From: Bdellovibrionales bacterium
GTDB taxonomy: Bacteria > Bdellovibrionota > Bdellovibrionia > Bdellovibrionales > UBA1609
Length of the DNA: 64,000 nt
NCBI GenBank assembly: GCA_020630675.1
Contig: JAHDIR010000005.1
Coordinates: 7,178-71,177 of the forward strand
Direction: 5' to 3'
Shown here: piece by piece, positions 31,454 through 41,272 of the stretch
How positions within the stretch are numbered: position 1 is the first letter of the stretch
Layout of the letters: each line of letters starts with the position of its first letter
Translations under genes and position numbers: made by a program
The notes under the pieces: generated by a model
Database searches by the model: none
Told to the model about the DNA's origin: nothing
What the model saw: the letters and a program-made list of their open reading frames with translations, nothing else

Positions 31454-32620
31454 ATGATTGATTCGGACATGAAAAAAGACACAACTGACTTATCTGTAGG
31501 AACTTTTAAGTCGCCCATCTTTCACGGCCAAGGGATGGAGTTTTTTAAAATTTGGGTTGTAAATATTCTTCTTACGATACTAACTCTAGGAATTTATTCT
31601 GCTTGGGCAAAAGTTCGAAACCTCAAATATTTATATGGAGCCACTGAACTTGAAAATGCTCGATTTGGTTTTCATGGAGACCCCGTTGCTATTTTAAAAG
31701 GACGAATCATATCGGGAGTTATTTTAATTTTATATTTATTTGGTGCTAAATTAAGTGTTTATGTCACCCTTCTCGGCCTATTGCTTATTTATTTTTCCTT
31801 TCCATTTCTCTTTGTAAAATCTATGAAGTTTAGGCTTTCGAATACAAGCTACCGTAATATCCGCTTTCGCTTTCGAGGCACCATTAAAGAGGCCTACGAT
31901 ATTTGGTTTAAATATACAGTGCCCTTTTTAATTTATTTTATACTCAGTACTTTGATGGCTCCTGCCATTAACAGCATGGATAATAACTCTCCAGCCTCCC
32001 CTACCTTATACGCATTTTTTATTCTTTTAATCCTGTTTGTTATATTCTTTTTTGTTCTAGCCCCTAAATTTTACAACGCCGTTATTAACTATTTTTACAA
32101 TCACGCCTACTATGGAGGCAATCAATTTAAAATAGTGAGCACTGTTCAAACTTTTAAAAAAGAAGTTTTTATGCCCATTGTTTTGAGGTATGTCGGCATA
32201 TTTGTATTCTTTTTTGCATCTATCTTATTATTCACTTTCATTTTAAAAGCAGCTTCAGCTATTGTTTTTCCAACTCTACTTTTTTACATTGGCTTGTTTG
32301 CTTGCTTTATCTACTTTTTATATTCCATCAAACATTATGTGTGGAGTCGACTATTTCTTAACCCTGAACATAAGTTGAACTCACGCCTTGAGTTTAAGCC
32401 CTACTTTAAAATCAGCTTGGTTAACGGTGCTTTGATACTTTGCTCGCTAGGACTGCTCTACCCTTGGGCTAAAATGCGTAGCTTAAAGTACCTTATTGAA
32501 AATAGAGAAATACAAATTGATGATTTTGATGCTTTTACAGCCAAAGCCGAAGATAGCATTAGCGCCTTGGGTGAAGAAGTTGTTGATACTTTTGATTTTG
32601 ATATCGAAATAGGTTTATAA
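31454..32620 (+). CDS. YjgN/DUF898 inner-membrane protein
   Basis: IWVVNILLTILTLGIYSAWAKVR, TSYRNIRF.F.G, SLGLLYPWA. Confidence 0.9.
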   Translation: MIDSDMKKDTTDLSVGTFKSPIFHGQGMEFFKIWVVNILLTILTLGIYSAWAKVRNLKYLYGATELENARFGFHGDPVAILKGRIISGVILILYLFGAKLSVYVTLLGLLLIYFSFPFLFVKSMKFRLSNTSYRNIRFRFRGTIKEAYDIWFKYTVPFLIYFILSTLMAPAINSMDNNSPASPTLYAFFILLILFVIFFFVLAPKFYNAVINYFYNHAYYGGNQFKIVSTVQTFKKEVFMPIVLRYVGIFVFFFASILLFTFILKAASAIVFPTLLFYIGLFACFIYFLYSIKHYVWSRLFLNPEHKLNSRLEFKPYFKISLVNGALILCSLGLLYPWAKMRSLKYLIENREIQIDDFDAFTAKAEDSISALGEEVVDTFDFDIEIGL

Positions 32621-32624
32621 TCCT

Positions 32625-33803
32625 TTGAGCTTTCGTGGTAATTATTTTATTGCTGGAAGCTCAAAAGCTCATCATGTAATAATCAAACTCACCTCTTTAA
32701 ATTTAACTATTATTGAAAATAACAACATTATTGCTGAGTACGACATAAAAGATTGTCAATTCTCAATGGTTTTATCAGGAATTCCTGTAGAGGTAATTTT
32801 ACCTGATAAAAACTCTTTGCATTTAGATAACACTCCTGAGCTTTTATCTAAAATTTCAGATTTAAATATTATAAAAAAATACTCCCCTTACTTTTTAGAA
32901 AATAAGTGGAAGATATTTATTTTTGCCTTCATAGGCACTGCTTGCATTCTTTTTTTATGCCTTAAGTACTTTATTCCCTCTATGAGTCAAAAAATAGCCA
33001 AAATTATGCCAGAGAATATCACTTTAATTTTAGATAATAAATTTAAAGATCAAATGGATAAATTTTTATTTAAAGAAAGTGAACTTTCTGTTGAGAAAAG
33101 AAATGAGATAACTACCTATTTAAGTCAAAATGGCCTTGATAAAATAGATTTAAATTTTAGAAGAAGTGTTTTACCGCAGGCCAATGCCTTTGCCTTAGCA
33201 AATAAAAATATATTTTTCACCGACAAGCTTATTGAGGCTTTAAATAAAAAGGAATACTTGTTAGCCGTCGCCTATCATGAAGCTGGTCACCTAAAACACA
33301 ATCATATAGTTTCAAAACTAATTAAAGATTCTTTTTTGCTTATGTTTACTTTCGTTTTTATTGGAGATTTACCAGGAGCTTCAGATAGTTTATTACAAGC
33401 TGGTCTTGTTATCTACTCCCATGACTTTTCAAGACAGTTTGAAAAAGAAGCCGATAACTTTGCTATAGAAAAATTAATTGAAAACAATATGTCTCCAAAG
33501 TGCTTTACTGAAGCTATGAGTGCTATCTATGCTTATAATGAAAAGAAAGTCACTGACAAATTACAAATATCTTCTTTAATGAAAATAGAAAGGGAAGACC
33601 TCAATAAAAATAAAGAAAAAAATGACAGCCCTAAAAATATCAAAGAAACATCTAAAACAGAAAGCCTTACTGAACAGTGGACACCTTTTGTGAAAAAAAT
33701 ATTACAAAAGTACTTAGACACTCACCCTTCATTAAATGATCGAACGGTAAAAATTCTAGAGCGATACCCAGAAGCTAAAAATTGCAAGGTCAGCCGTTTA
33801 TAA
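32625..33803 (+). CDS. M48-family metallopeptidase
   Basis: ANAFAL, HEAGH, FSRQFEKEAD, YLDTHP; usual neighbour of YjgN-type genes. Confidence 0.9.
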   Translation: MSFRGNYFIAGSSKAHHVIIKLTSLNLTIIENNNIIAEYDIKDCQFSMVLSGIPVEVILPDKNSLHLDNTPELLSKISDLNIIKKYSPYFLENKWKIFIFAFIGTACILFLCLKYFIPSMSQKIAKIMPENITLILDNKFKDQMDKFLFKESELSVEKRNEITTYLSQNGLDKIDLNFRRSVLPQANAFALANKNIFFTDKLIEALNKKEYLLAVAYHEAGHLKHNHIVSKLIKDSFLLMFTFVFIGDLPGASDSLLQAGLVIYSHDFSRQFEKEADNFAIEKLIENNMSPKCFTEAMSAIYAYNEKKVTDKLQISSLMKIEREDLNKNKEKNDSPKNIKETSKTESLTEQWTPFVKKILQKYLDTHPSLNDRTVKILERYPEAKNCKVSRL

Positions 33804-33867
33804 ATTTTTGTTTTTTTTATAAAATATTCTTGTGAACTCATTTAAAACCATCAACTGAATGGTCAAT

Positions 33868-36800
33868 TTACCTATCTGAAGAATTAACATCAATGGAGTG
33901 AATAGAGCAATTGGAGCTCTGATCAGAATTTGTCGTTAAAAATGCTTTGACGTACAATAGCCCTGGGCCATGTTCATTGGAAAAACTGACAATATTATTT
34001 TCAAGATCATTTTTCGTAGAGCTGTGACTGACTGTTGTCACAGGCACCCAAGATTCACCACTTAAATAAAAGTAATTCGTTCCGTCAGGACTGAGTTGGT
34101 ATGTGGCACAGTCATCAGCTTTGATTTCAATAGACTCAATGGCTTTATAAGCAAAAGGTTTTGTCGGCATGACTTCTTGAACAAGTCCAAAGTATTTAGC
34201 TTCATTGGCTGAGCTGAAGTTCACAGATGATAACTCTGGCAAACAAGGGCTACCACTACAGGCTGTATTTTCATCGGCCTCAAAATATGTGCGATACTGA
34301 AAATAACGATTAGCTTGTGGCCTTGCAGCTAAAGGGAAGTTACTAAAATCAAGCACTGGATTGGTAGGTCTTGGCCCTGCTTCAAATGTTATTTCATCAT
34401 CCACACAAATATTACCGTCACTATCTGAAGTGTTATTAGAACAATTGAAAAGTGTGTCCGTACCTTTTCGGTTAAATATTTCTGAGTAGTAGGTGGTGCC
34501 GTCACCACCGGGGCCTATGAACTTAGCCTTATGAGGGTCATCAAAGTCTAATGCATTTACAATAGTGTCACCATCACAATCGGTGGCACTGCCTTGAGGG
34601 GATGTGCTAAAGCTTTTACAAGCACATGTTGAGTCTATACAGCTTTTCACTTGAAACTTAACTCGGTTAGCTCCCCTGCGGTAAAGTTGTAAAACCTCAT
34701 CATCAGTTAATGGCCTTGTCCAAAAAGCAACTTCATCTAACTTTCCTTTAAACTCTTCATACCAAGCCGTCCCTGGTTGTCGGTCACCAAAAATTAAATC
34801 GTTGCTTGTTCCAAAAGACCAAGGGCCTACAGAAGTAATATCATTTCTAACACCATTTAAATAAATTCTCTGGTTAGTTCCAGACAATTTATTATAAATC
34901 ACAGTAATATGATTCCATTGATTGGGAATAATGTAGTTGGCTGACCTAAATTGCACTTCATTACACGGAGACCCACAAACGGGATCATTCCCCTGCACTT
35001 GAACCTGCCCTTCTACAAGAGTTATAATAAAACCAGGGTGAGCATTTACGTCAGCAATCGTAATTAGAGAAGCTGCTCCTTGAGTGGTTGGACCAAAAGA
35101 GCCACCTTCAATTCCCCAGTCTAGGCCGGTGTAAACCCATAAACTAAATGAACCCTCATCTGACTCAAAATCACTATGATGAGCAACTGTGACAAACTCC
35201 CCATCTCCTCCTGAGAAAGAAATAGAATGACCCAACACACCCGATTGAGATAAATTTATTGGGCCAGATAAAGTTCCGTGACGGCCAAGCCCTGATAAAT
35301 CTTTAATGTCACTTATGCCAGGAGCTGAGCCCAAAGTTTTTTCATTAAAATTCCAATATCCTGCTAATCCATTTTGTAGCTGACCACTCATTGCCGAGTA
35401 ATTACGAGAGCTTTCTGCATCAGCCACACCATCATTGTCATAGTCTCCCACTAGCTCTTTACCAAAAGGCAAGCTGGTTGACCAGGACAAGTCTGGCCAA
35501 CTGGTGATAGCAGCGCCAAAGTCTATCACTTGGGAATCAAAGTGAGCGGAGTATTTTTGTTTTTGGCGATTGAAAATAGAATGAATATCTTCATGAGATA
35601 AACTTGTATTGAAAATAGCCACTTCATCTATTTGCCCAGTAAACTCTTGGTTTCCACCCCCCGAAACCCCGGCACCAATTGTAAAACCAGATGTAGAGTT
35701 CGGTACTGCATTGCTTGGCCCCGAGGCTAAATGCTGGCCATTTACATATAAATCTGTGGATAAATCTGGGTTTCTAACAGCCGCTATATGACTCCATACA
35801 CCTGATAGGATGGGCTGTGTTGAAGTGTACAAGGCCTGTAAGGCTCCAGCACCTGAGTCATAAGACTGAAAAGATAATTCGCCATTAGAGATGTACATTC
35901 CATATTCCATATCGCTATATTGTCCTTGCCGAGTAATCAACTGAAACCCTGTTACGAGACTTGGTTTAACCCAAGCCATTTGAGTGACGGCGCCAGTTGT
36001 CTTTAATAAAGCCGAACTACCCATATCAATATAATCATCGTCTCCATCAAAAACCGCACTTTGACTTCCCACTTGATTGTCAGTGTCATAAGCAACATCA
36101 CCAACAATGCCCCCTTGATGTCCGTTGTTTGATGAATCTTGCAAGTGACCATCCATAGTCCAATAGCCAACGAGATGATCCCACTTTGGTGTCCACGTCG
36201 GTGCTAAATTATTTTCTGAAGAAAATAATTTAGACTGCCTTTCATAAATAGATTTAACCTCACTTGAGGTAAGAGTTGTTTCCCAAATAATGAGCTCATC
36301 AACAAACCCATTCATAGGCTCTAAGCCTGAGTTACCCACTTCAAAACTACTGCCTGGTGTCGACAAAACCCCGCCAGGCTCTTGTTCAAATATCAAGTCA
36401 CCATTAAAGTAAAGTTTTTGAGAGCTGCCATCCCAGGTTGCAACTATGTGCTGCCATTCGTTTAAAGACAGGACATCATCAACTTGTATATGCTTAAGGG
36501 TTCCGTCTGTTTTAATAAAAAAATGAATTCGTCCTAAGTTGACATTACTCACACTTCTTAACACAAACAATTCTGGCTTAAGACTAAAAAATCTTTGAAC
36601 GCCTCCATTAAATTCGTTTAATTTAATCCACAAAGATACAGACACAGAGGTTGTGACTCCTAAAGCTGAATTTCTTAAAATAGCGGCACCAGTATCACCA
36701 TCGAAATATACCCCTTGTTTCCACTTAGAATTCACCCGATAAGTAGAGTTTGTTAAGTTCGAAGAAGTCATGTCACCACCAATTTCTGAAGGTATGATGG

Positions 36801-37179
36801 AGTTATTAGCAAGCTCACCAATGTTTCCATTGAAGGGTTGGTAGTGAATAATACTTGAATATTGTGGAGCCCAAGAACTGTCAACAGCAGCGTGGTCAGA
36901 TGTTCTTACCGACAAAATATTCTCATCTAAATAGGTCGAAAAAAAATTTCCAGAATTAAACTCTATGGCTGATTGATTTAAGTCGAGTGCCTTTAACTGC
37001 ACTTTGCCATCTTTAACTTCAACAAAGTTTTCATCAAAACTTAGGTTTTCATTTTTAGAAAAATCCCAAGTGGGCTGAAACAATGAGCTGGTCGTGATAA
37101 TGGTCTGACTGGAGTGACAAGATATTAAAGATACCAAAAAGAAATAAAAATAGATTAACTGGTGCAGAACTTTCATCAC
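33868..37179 (-). CDS. Multi-LamG-domain lipoprotein, paralog 3
   Basis: 1103 aa; lipobox LISC; same scaffold blocks as paralog 2; start GTG 37179 or ATG 37176. Confidence 0.9.
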   Translation of the reverse strand: MMKVLHQLIYFYFFLVSLISCHSSQTIITTSSLFQPTWDFSKNENLSFDENFVEVKDGKVQLKALDLNQSAIEFNSGNFFSTYLDENILSVRTSDHAAVDSSWAPQYSSIIHYQPFNGNIGELANNSIIPSEIGGDMTSSNLTNSTYRVNSKWKQGVYFDGDTGAAILRNSALGVTTSVSVSLWIKLNEFNGGVQRFFSLKPELFVLRSVSNVNLGRIHFFIKTDGTLKHIQVDDVLSLNEWQHIVATWDGSSQKLYFNGDLIFEQEPGGVLSTPGSSFEVGNSGLEPMNGFVDELIIWETTLTSSEVKSIYERQSKLFSSENNLAPTWTPKWDHLVGYWTMDGHLQDSSNNGHQGGIVGDVAYDTDNQVGSQSAVFDGDDDYIDMGSSALLKTTGAVTQMAWVKPSLVTGFQLITRQGQYSDMEYGMYISNGELSFQSYDSGAGALQALYTSTQPILSGVWSHIAAVRNPDLSTDLYVNGQHLASGPSNAVPNSTSGFTIGAGVSGGGNQEFTGQIDEVAIFNTSLSHEDIHSIFNRQKQKYSAHFDSQVIDFGAAITSWPDLSWSTSLPFGKELVGDYDNDGVADAESSRNYSAMSGQLQNGLAGYWNFNEKTLGSAPGISDIKDLSGLGRHGTLSGPINLSQSGVLGHSISFSGGDGEFVTVAHHSDFESDEGSFSLWVYTGLDWGIEGGSFGPTTQGAASLITIADVNAHPGFIITLVEGQVQVQGNDPVCGSPCNEVQFRSANYIIPNQWNHITVIYNKLSGTNQRIYLNGVRNDITSVGPWSFGTSNDLIFGDRQPGTAWYEEFKGKLDEVAFWTRPLTDDEVLQLYRRGANRVKFQVKSCIDSTCACKSFSTSPQGSATDCDGDTIVNALDFDDPHKAKFIGPGGDGTTYYSEIFNRKGTDTLFNCSNNTSDSDGNICVDDEITFEAGPRPTNPVLDFSNFPLAARPQANRYFQYRTYFEADENTACSGSPCLPELSSVNFSSANEAKYFGLVQEVMPTKPFAYKAIESIEIKADDCATYQLSPDGTNYFYLSGESWVPVTTVSHSSTKNDLENNIVSFSNEHGPGLLYVKAFLTTNSDQSSNCSIHSIDVNSSDR
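34448..34468 (-). repeat. Dispersed repeat embedded in-frame in LamG paralog 3
   Basis: AAAAGGTACGGACACACTTTT on the coding strand, encoding (R)KGTDTL(F). Confidence 0.9.
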
Positions 37180-37185
37180 TATAAC

Positions 37186-37214
37186 TTATCGGAAATATAT
37201 ATGTAAAAGCTGAA
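37186..37214 (-). promoter_or_regulatory. sigma28/FliA-like promoter of LamG paralog 3
   Basis: TCCGATAA -10 box 9 nt before ATG 37176; weak -35 (TTCAG at N16). Confidence 0.55.
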
Positions 37215-37384
37215 TATAATTGGTTTTATTAAATGCAATTACTATCAAAGCCTTAAGACTATTGGCTAGAATAACTGGTAATATCGCTCATAACATCATC
37301 CCCTGATGAGCGATTGGTTACTGTGTAGTCAGTGGTCGCCGAAGGCTTTGGTTCCTGTCGTAGTAATTTATACCATCAGTCTTT
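37205..37384 (+). other. Long imperfect inverted repeat, candidate structured ncRNA
   Basis: Nested stems AATTACTAT/GTAGTAATT, CAAAGCCTT/AAGGCTTTG, GACTATTGGCTA/TAGTCAGTGGTC, ATCGCTCAT/ATGAGCGAT; non-Watson-Crick pairs in these stems are G-U on the + strand. Confidence 0.55.
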
Positions 37385-37396
37385 AGTTAAAACATA

Positions 37397-39664
37397 CTAT
37401 TGAATTAAGGTTTCTTTTAACTTTTGCCCTGGCAGACATTGGTTATTAACAATTTTGTATAAATTATCTCTGTCTTTCCACATATATTCGTCTTCTGGCT
37501 CTAAAACTTTTAAAAACTCTATGAGGCTTTGGATATCGTTATCATCTAAATTTTTCCAAGACTCAAAGTAATGGCCTCTGTTGTTGTTGCCATAACCAGT
37601 GATATAGTCTTTTCTAGGCAGTTGACCTTTACCATTTTCATATTTTTCATATAATTTGTAAAAAGTTTCAGCATAGATACTATCCTCTGCATTAAAACAG
37701 TGAATAGGTGTTTTGTTACAGTATGCTTGTATCTCTTTTGAACTTGGCTGCTTTAGCCCTAAGGTTTGCGTATCAAACTCTAAATGATTAATTTTAAAAT
37801 CCTTGTACCTTCGGTGTGGTGGTGTCATCAGTTGCTTTATACTCGCCACAGAGCCGTTATGTAAAAACGGAGCTGTTGCCCATATTCCAGCCAAGTGCCT
37901 GGCCACATAACCATATCCTTTGCTGTTACCCTTGGCATCTGTGGGTAATGTCATATAATCATTTTTAAGTTCACCAACATTTCCTAAGTAGGTGTCACGA
38001 AACTCATCGGGGCCTCGCAAAGCTAAATCTTTAGCCCGTTCTTTTAATACCCCATAAGAGTTCACCTGGTCTGGGTGATCTTTTTTGTAAAGCTCTAATG
38101 TGTCTTGCACCAACTTCATGAGTGTTTCTTTTAAATACTTTCCTTGATAAGGTGTTGATTGCAGAACAGCATAGTTAGGGTCTGTTTTTAGCCCCGGCTC
38201 GTTAATTTTAAAAACTTTGTATTGCAAAAGCTTTTTTTGAGGGCCAACTTTTTCACTGGCGGTGTGGCAATCCATACATTGCTTCACATAAGTGTTACAA
38301 CCAGCAATAATTTTATTTTTGTCTAACGAATTTTCACCAATAATTTTTGTCCACTGAGGTACTTCAATTTTATGCATGATGTTTTCTAGATCTATTAAAT
38401 TTTCAATATTTGCCGATGACCTTAATGTTCCCTCTTCTTTTATAACAGCACCTAAGCCATAGGATTGACCGATATCTCTTAATAAAAGTGAATTCATATT
38501 GCCATTATAGTGAAACGCAGCTTTATATTCAGTGGCCCAAACAAATGGGTGAGAGACTGGAGCGTAATAGTCTAAAGGGTCTTTATCTCTTAAAATAGAA
38601 TTGGCAATTCGTCCGAAGGCATCATTCCGGCCAATTCCAGAACCGCCTTTTTGCACCTCAGCTTTGGGGTAAGAAGAAATTAATTTACCCACTCGGTCCA
38701 TAGCCATTTTTTGTTCATAACTTAAAGTGTAGTTTGTTCCTTTGTAAACAGTCATTCTAAGCAGTTCTTCTAAATACTTATTTAAAACACTTCTATTTTT
38801 TTCACGCATTTTCCCAATAGTATCAACAGTTAAGTACTGAGAAACCATAGATTCAAACGAATTGAGTTTGTCAAATGTTGGAGGGTTAGTTAAAACTATA
38901 CTATTAATACATTCGTCTTTTGTAGGCCTTGGGTTAACAAATGGTATTCTTTTCATCTCAATTTCATCAGTGAAATTTAACATAAAATCACAGGCCAAGC
39001 CTTTAACTTCACTGTCTTTGTAACCAAATGTTAATAAAAATTTAGCTAATTCATCAGCTTTAAACATAAGTGCTGCTACCGAACCGGCCATATCTTGAAA
39101 AAAACCAAAAACATTGAACAAGCCTGGAGCACCATCAATGATAAATTTTTCATCTCCTACTTTTAATTGCCCAGTATGGCATAAAGCACAGTTGGTTTCT
39201 AACATAGCCACTTGTGGATTTCCGAAATTATCTAGTTTAAAATTTTTAGCCTCTTCTTTTTCTGCTTTTAAAATATCACTACTTCTATCGTTTTCATTGG
39301 TCCATGTTGCAGATAACCCAACCCAATCTAATAGGTAAGGAGATTTTTCATCTTTAATTAAATTATTTTTTTCATCTAATTTTTCTAACAAAGGGCTATA
39401 AGACCCATCTTTATTGGGAGTTTTAAGATTTAGCATTCTAACAGCCCAAGGGTAAGGTATTAACGGGCTCCCCTGACTTTTATGCCAATATTTTTGCTGA
39501 TAATCAGCTCCTAGAGTATAATATTGGTTTGCTACGCTTGTTGTTTGTCGATTCACTTTTTTGTTGGCAGCAGTTTTATGTTTTGAGAACTGGCAAGCAC
39601 TCATAACAAAGACAGATGTTAAAAAAATACAAACAGATTTAATTATAACTTTATAAGATTCCAT
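37397..39664 (-). CDS. Di-heme cytochrome c lipoprotein (RoxA/peroxidase-like)
   Basis: Two CxxCH (CALCH, CMDCH), GRNDAFG, LAGIWATAPFLHNGSV, GNNNRGH; lipobox MSAC. Confidence 0.8.
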   Translation of the reverse strand: MESYKVIIKSVCIFLTSVFVMSACQFSKHKTAANKKVNRQTTSVANQYYTLGADYQQKYWHKSQGSPLIPYPWAVRMLNLKTPNKDGSYSPLLEKLDEKNNLIKDEKSPYLLDWVGLSATWTNENDRSSDILKAEKEEAKNFKLDNFGNPQVAMLETNCALCHTGQLKVGDEKFIIDGAPGLFNVFGFFQDMAGSVAALMFKADELAKFLLTFGYKDSEVKGLACDFMLNFTDEIEMKRIPFVNPRPTKDECINSIVLTNPPTFDKLNSFESMVSQYLTVDTIGKMREKNRSVLNKYLEELLRMTVYKGTNYTLSYEQKMAMDRVGKLISSYPKAEVQKGGSGIGRNDAFGRIANSILRDKDPLDYYAPVSHPFVWATEYKAAFHYNGNMNSLLLRDIGQSYGLGAVIKEEGTLRSSANIENLIDLENIMHKIEVPQWTKIIGENSLDKNKIIAGCNTYVKQCMDCHTASEKVGPQKKLLQYKVFKINEPGLKTDPNYAVLQSTPYQGKYLKETLMKLVQDTLELYKKDHPDQVNSYGVLKERAKDLALRGPDEFRDTYLGNVGELKNDYMTLPTDAKGNSKGYGYVARHLAGIWATAPFLHNGSVASIKQLMTPPHRRYKDFKINHLEFDTQTLGLKQPSSKEIQAYCNKTPIHCFNAEDSIYAETFYKLYEKYENGKGQLPRKDYITGYGNNNRGHYFESWKNLDDNDIQSLIEFLKVLEPEDEYMWKDRDNLYKIVNNQCLPGQKLKETLIQ

Positions 39665-39849
39665 AATCTTATTTTATAAACATTTGTAAGAGGCGCAACT
39701 CTATACTAATGTCCCCTACTTTTTTCTAGTTTATATTTTAAAATTTAATTATTTTTACTTTCTTTTTGACGAAAACGCCCCCCCATACAGAAAGGCTTTA
39801 GTCTAGTGGTTACTTTGCTCTACTGTAGGAAAAGTTCTTGTTAAAAAAA

Positions 39850-41259
39850 TTACTGCCCTTGCAAAAATTCACTAACATAGGCTCCTACTTTGTCTTTCTC
39901 ATACCAATTAGAGTTAAAAATAGCTTTTGTTCCTGATGGGCTTACACTTAATTTGGCTTGAGCATCATAAGAAGAGCCTCCTGAGCGATGAAAACCCATG
40001 GGCTCGACAAGGTTTAGCCCAACTATGCCTTTTTGACCGGGAGGAGATCCAGACACACTTTTTGTTGAACTGTTTGATGATAGCTTTGCAGCTCCTAAAG
40101 CGCCTCCAAAAGATGAATAGTAACACCAACCAGGTCTTAAAATATTTCGGCAGCTTAAGTGGCCATGCCCGACTCCTTTTGCTGTAAATACTAGCTGGTT
40201 ATCAGACAATCTAAAATAATGAATATAATCCCAAGAAATGGCGGCATAGACTTCTTCACCTTTATCGTTATATCCAAAATCACCATGATAAAGTTTGTCT
40301 GTAACTTTACGAATTAAATTTAAAGACTTATCATACAAAAAAGCACGATTGCTAATTTCAAATCCTTGAATAATAATATATTTTCCACTTTGTGAAAATG
40401 AGCCCCAATTATAAGCCTTATCTAACTCAATCGTACCTAAAATACGTTTTTCTTTTAGGTCTATAGATAAACCATATTTTTTTCCATTTTTATTACAATC
40501 AATAAAAGCGTATCTATCATCTGTAGAAATATTGCCTTCACCAGACCCTAGAGAACATTTACTGTAACCTGTAAATGAGATTAACTCTTCGTTAGAGTTT
40601 GTATTCAAGTTGTACATGACGAAAGATTTTTGATCGGAACTCAAACCATAAATAATATGTGGGCTAAGGTTTGACCAGTTTCTTTCTATGTTTTGAATTG
40701 CACTTTGGTGTGAACTAACTAATGAATAGTTCTGTGCAGAGTATATTTGACCTCTTAGATTTATAAGAGTTTCATCTGAATTGAAGGCCTGCCTTTTTGA
40801 GTAATGATGACGATTTTCACGACTGATTCTTGTGGTTTTAGTGTTAAAATCAGAGTTATAGACTGACTGGTACACACTTAAAGGGCTTTTACTTTTAGAA
40901 GGGTCATTTATATTTTGATAAGCCCTACCATTACCGTACTTATATTTACTTGATTCATTTTGTTGTTCGTTGACCATCTCGTCTGGCTTGTCATTTTCAG
41001 ACGATGATCCAGAACTATTTTCTGATTCATCAACAATTGGGTTTGAACCTGAAGGCGTATTTTCATTTGTCTCATTTTCAGAAAGACCTGGAGATGGACT
41101 TGAGTTTTCCTTTGAATTGTCTCTTTCATTTAAAGGTTCTGTAGAGCTTACATCACTTTGTGATGAAAAATTAATACTGTTTTCAGCATCAAAACTACCA
41201 CAGTTTTGAAAACTAAATACAAGTAAAGTCATTAATAAGATAATACTTAATTTGTTCAT
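39850..41259 (-). CDS. FQNC-type lipoprotein with probable beta-propeller
   Basis: FSFQNC, long S/E/N linker, HYSKRQAFNSD, VSPSGTKAIFNSNW; likely ATG 41259 (ORF track start 41289). Confidence 0.65.
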   Translation of the reverse strand: MNKLSIILLMTLLVFSFQNCGSFDAENSINFSSQSDVSSTEPLNERDNSKENSSPSPGLSENETNENTPSGSNPIVDESENSSGSSSENDKPDEMVNEQQNESSKYKYGNGRAYQNINDPSKSKSPLSVYQSVYNSDFNTKTTRISRENRHHYSKRQAFNSDETLINLRGQIYSAQNYSLVSSHQSAIQNIERNWSNLSPHIIYGLSSDQKSFVMYNLNTNSNEELISFTGYSKCSLGSGEGNISTDDRYAFIDCNKNGKKYGLSIDLKEKRILGTIELDKAYNWGSFSQSGKYIIIQGFEISNRAFLYDKSLNLIRKVTDKLYHGDFGYNDKGEEVYAAISWDYIHYFRLSDNQLVFTAKGVGHGHLSCRNILRPGWCYYSSFGGALGAAKLSSNSSTKSVSGSPPGQKGIVGLNLVEPMGFHRSGGSSYDAQAKLSVSPSGTKAIFNSNWYEKDKVGAYVSEFLQGQ

Positions 41260-41272
41260 TACTTTAAAATAC

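Noticed and set aside
37303-37359. Hammerhead ribozyme (CTGATGA...GAA...GTC)
   Set aside because: Has CGAAG instead of GAAA after the putative stem II, and no credible stem I pairing.
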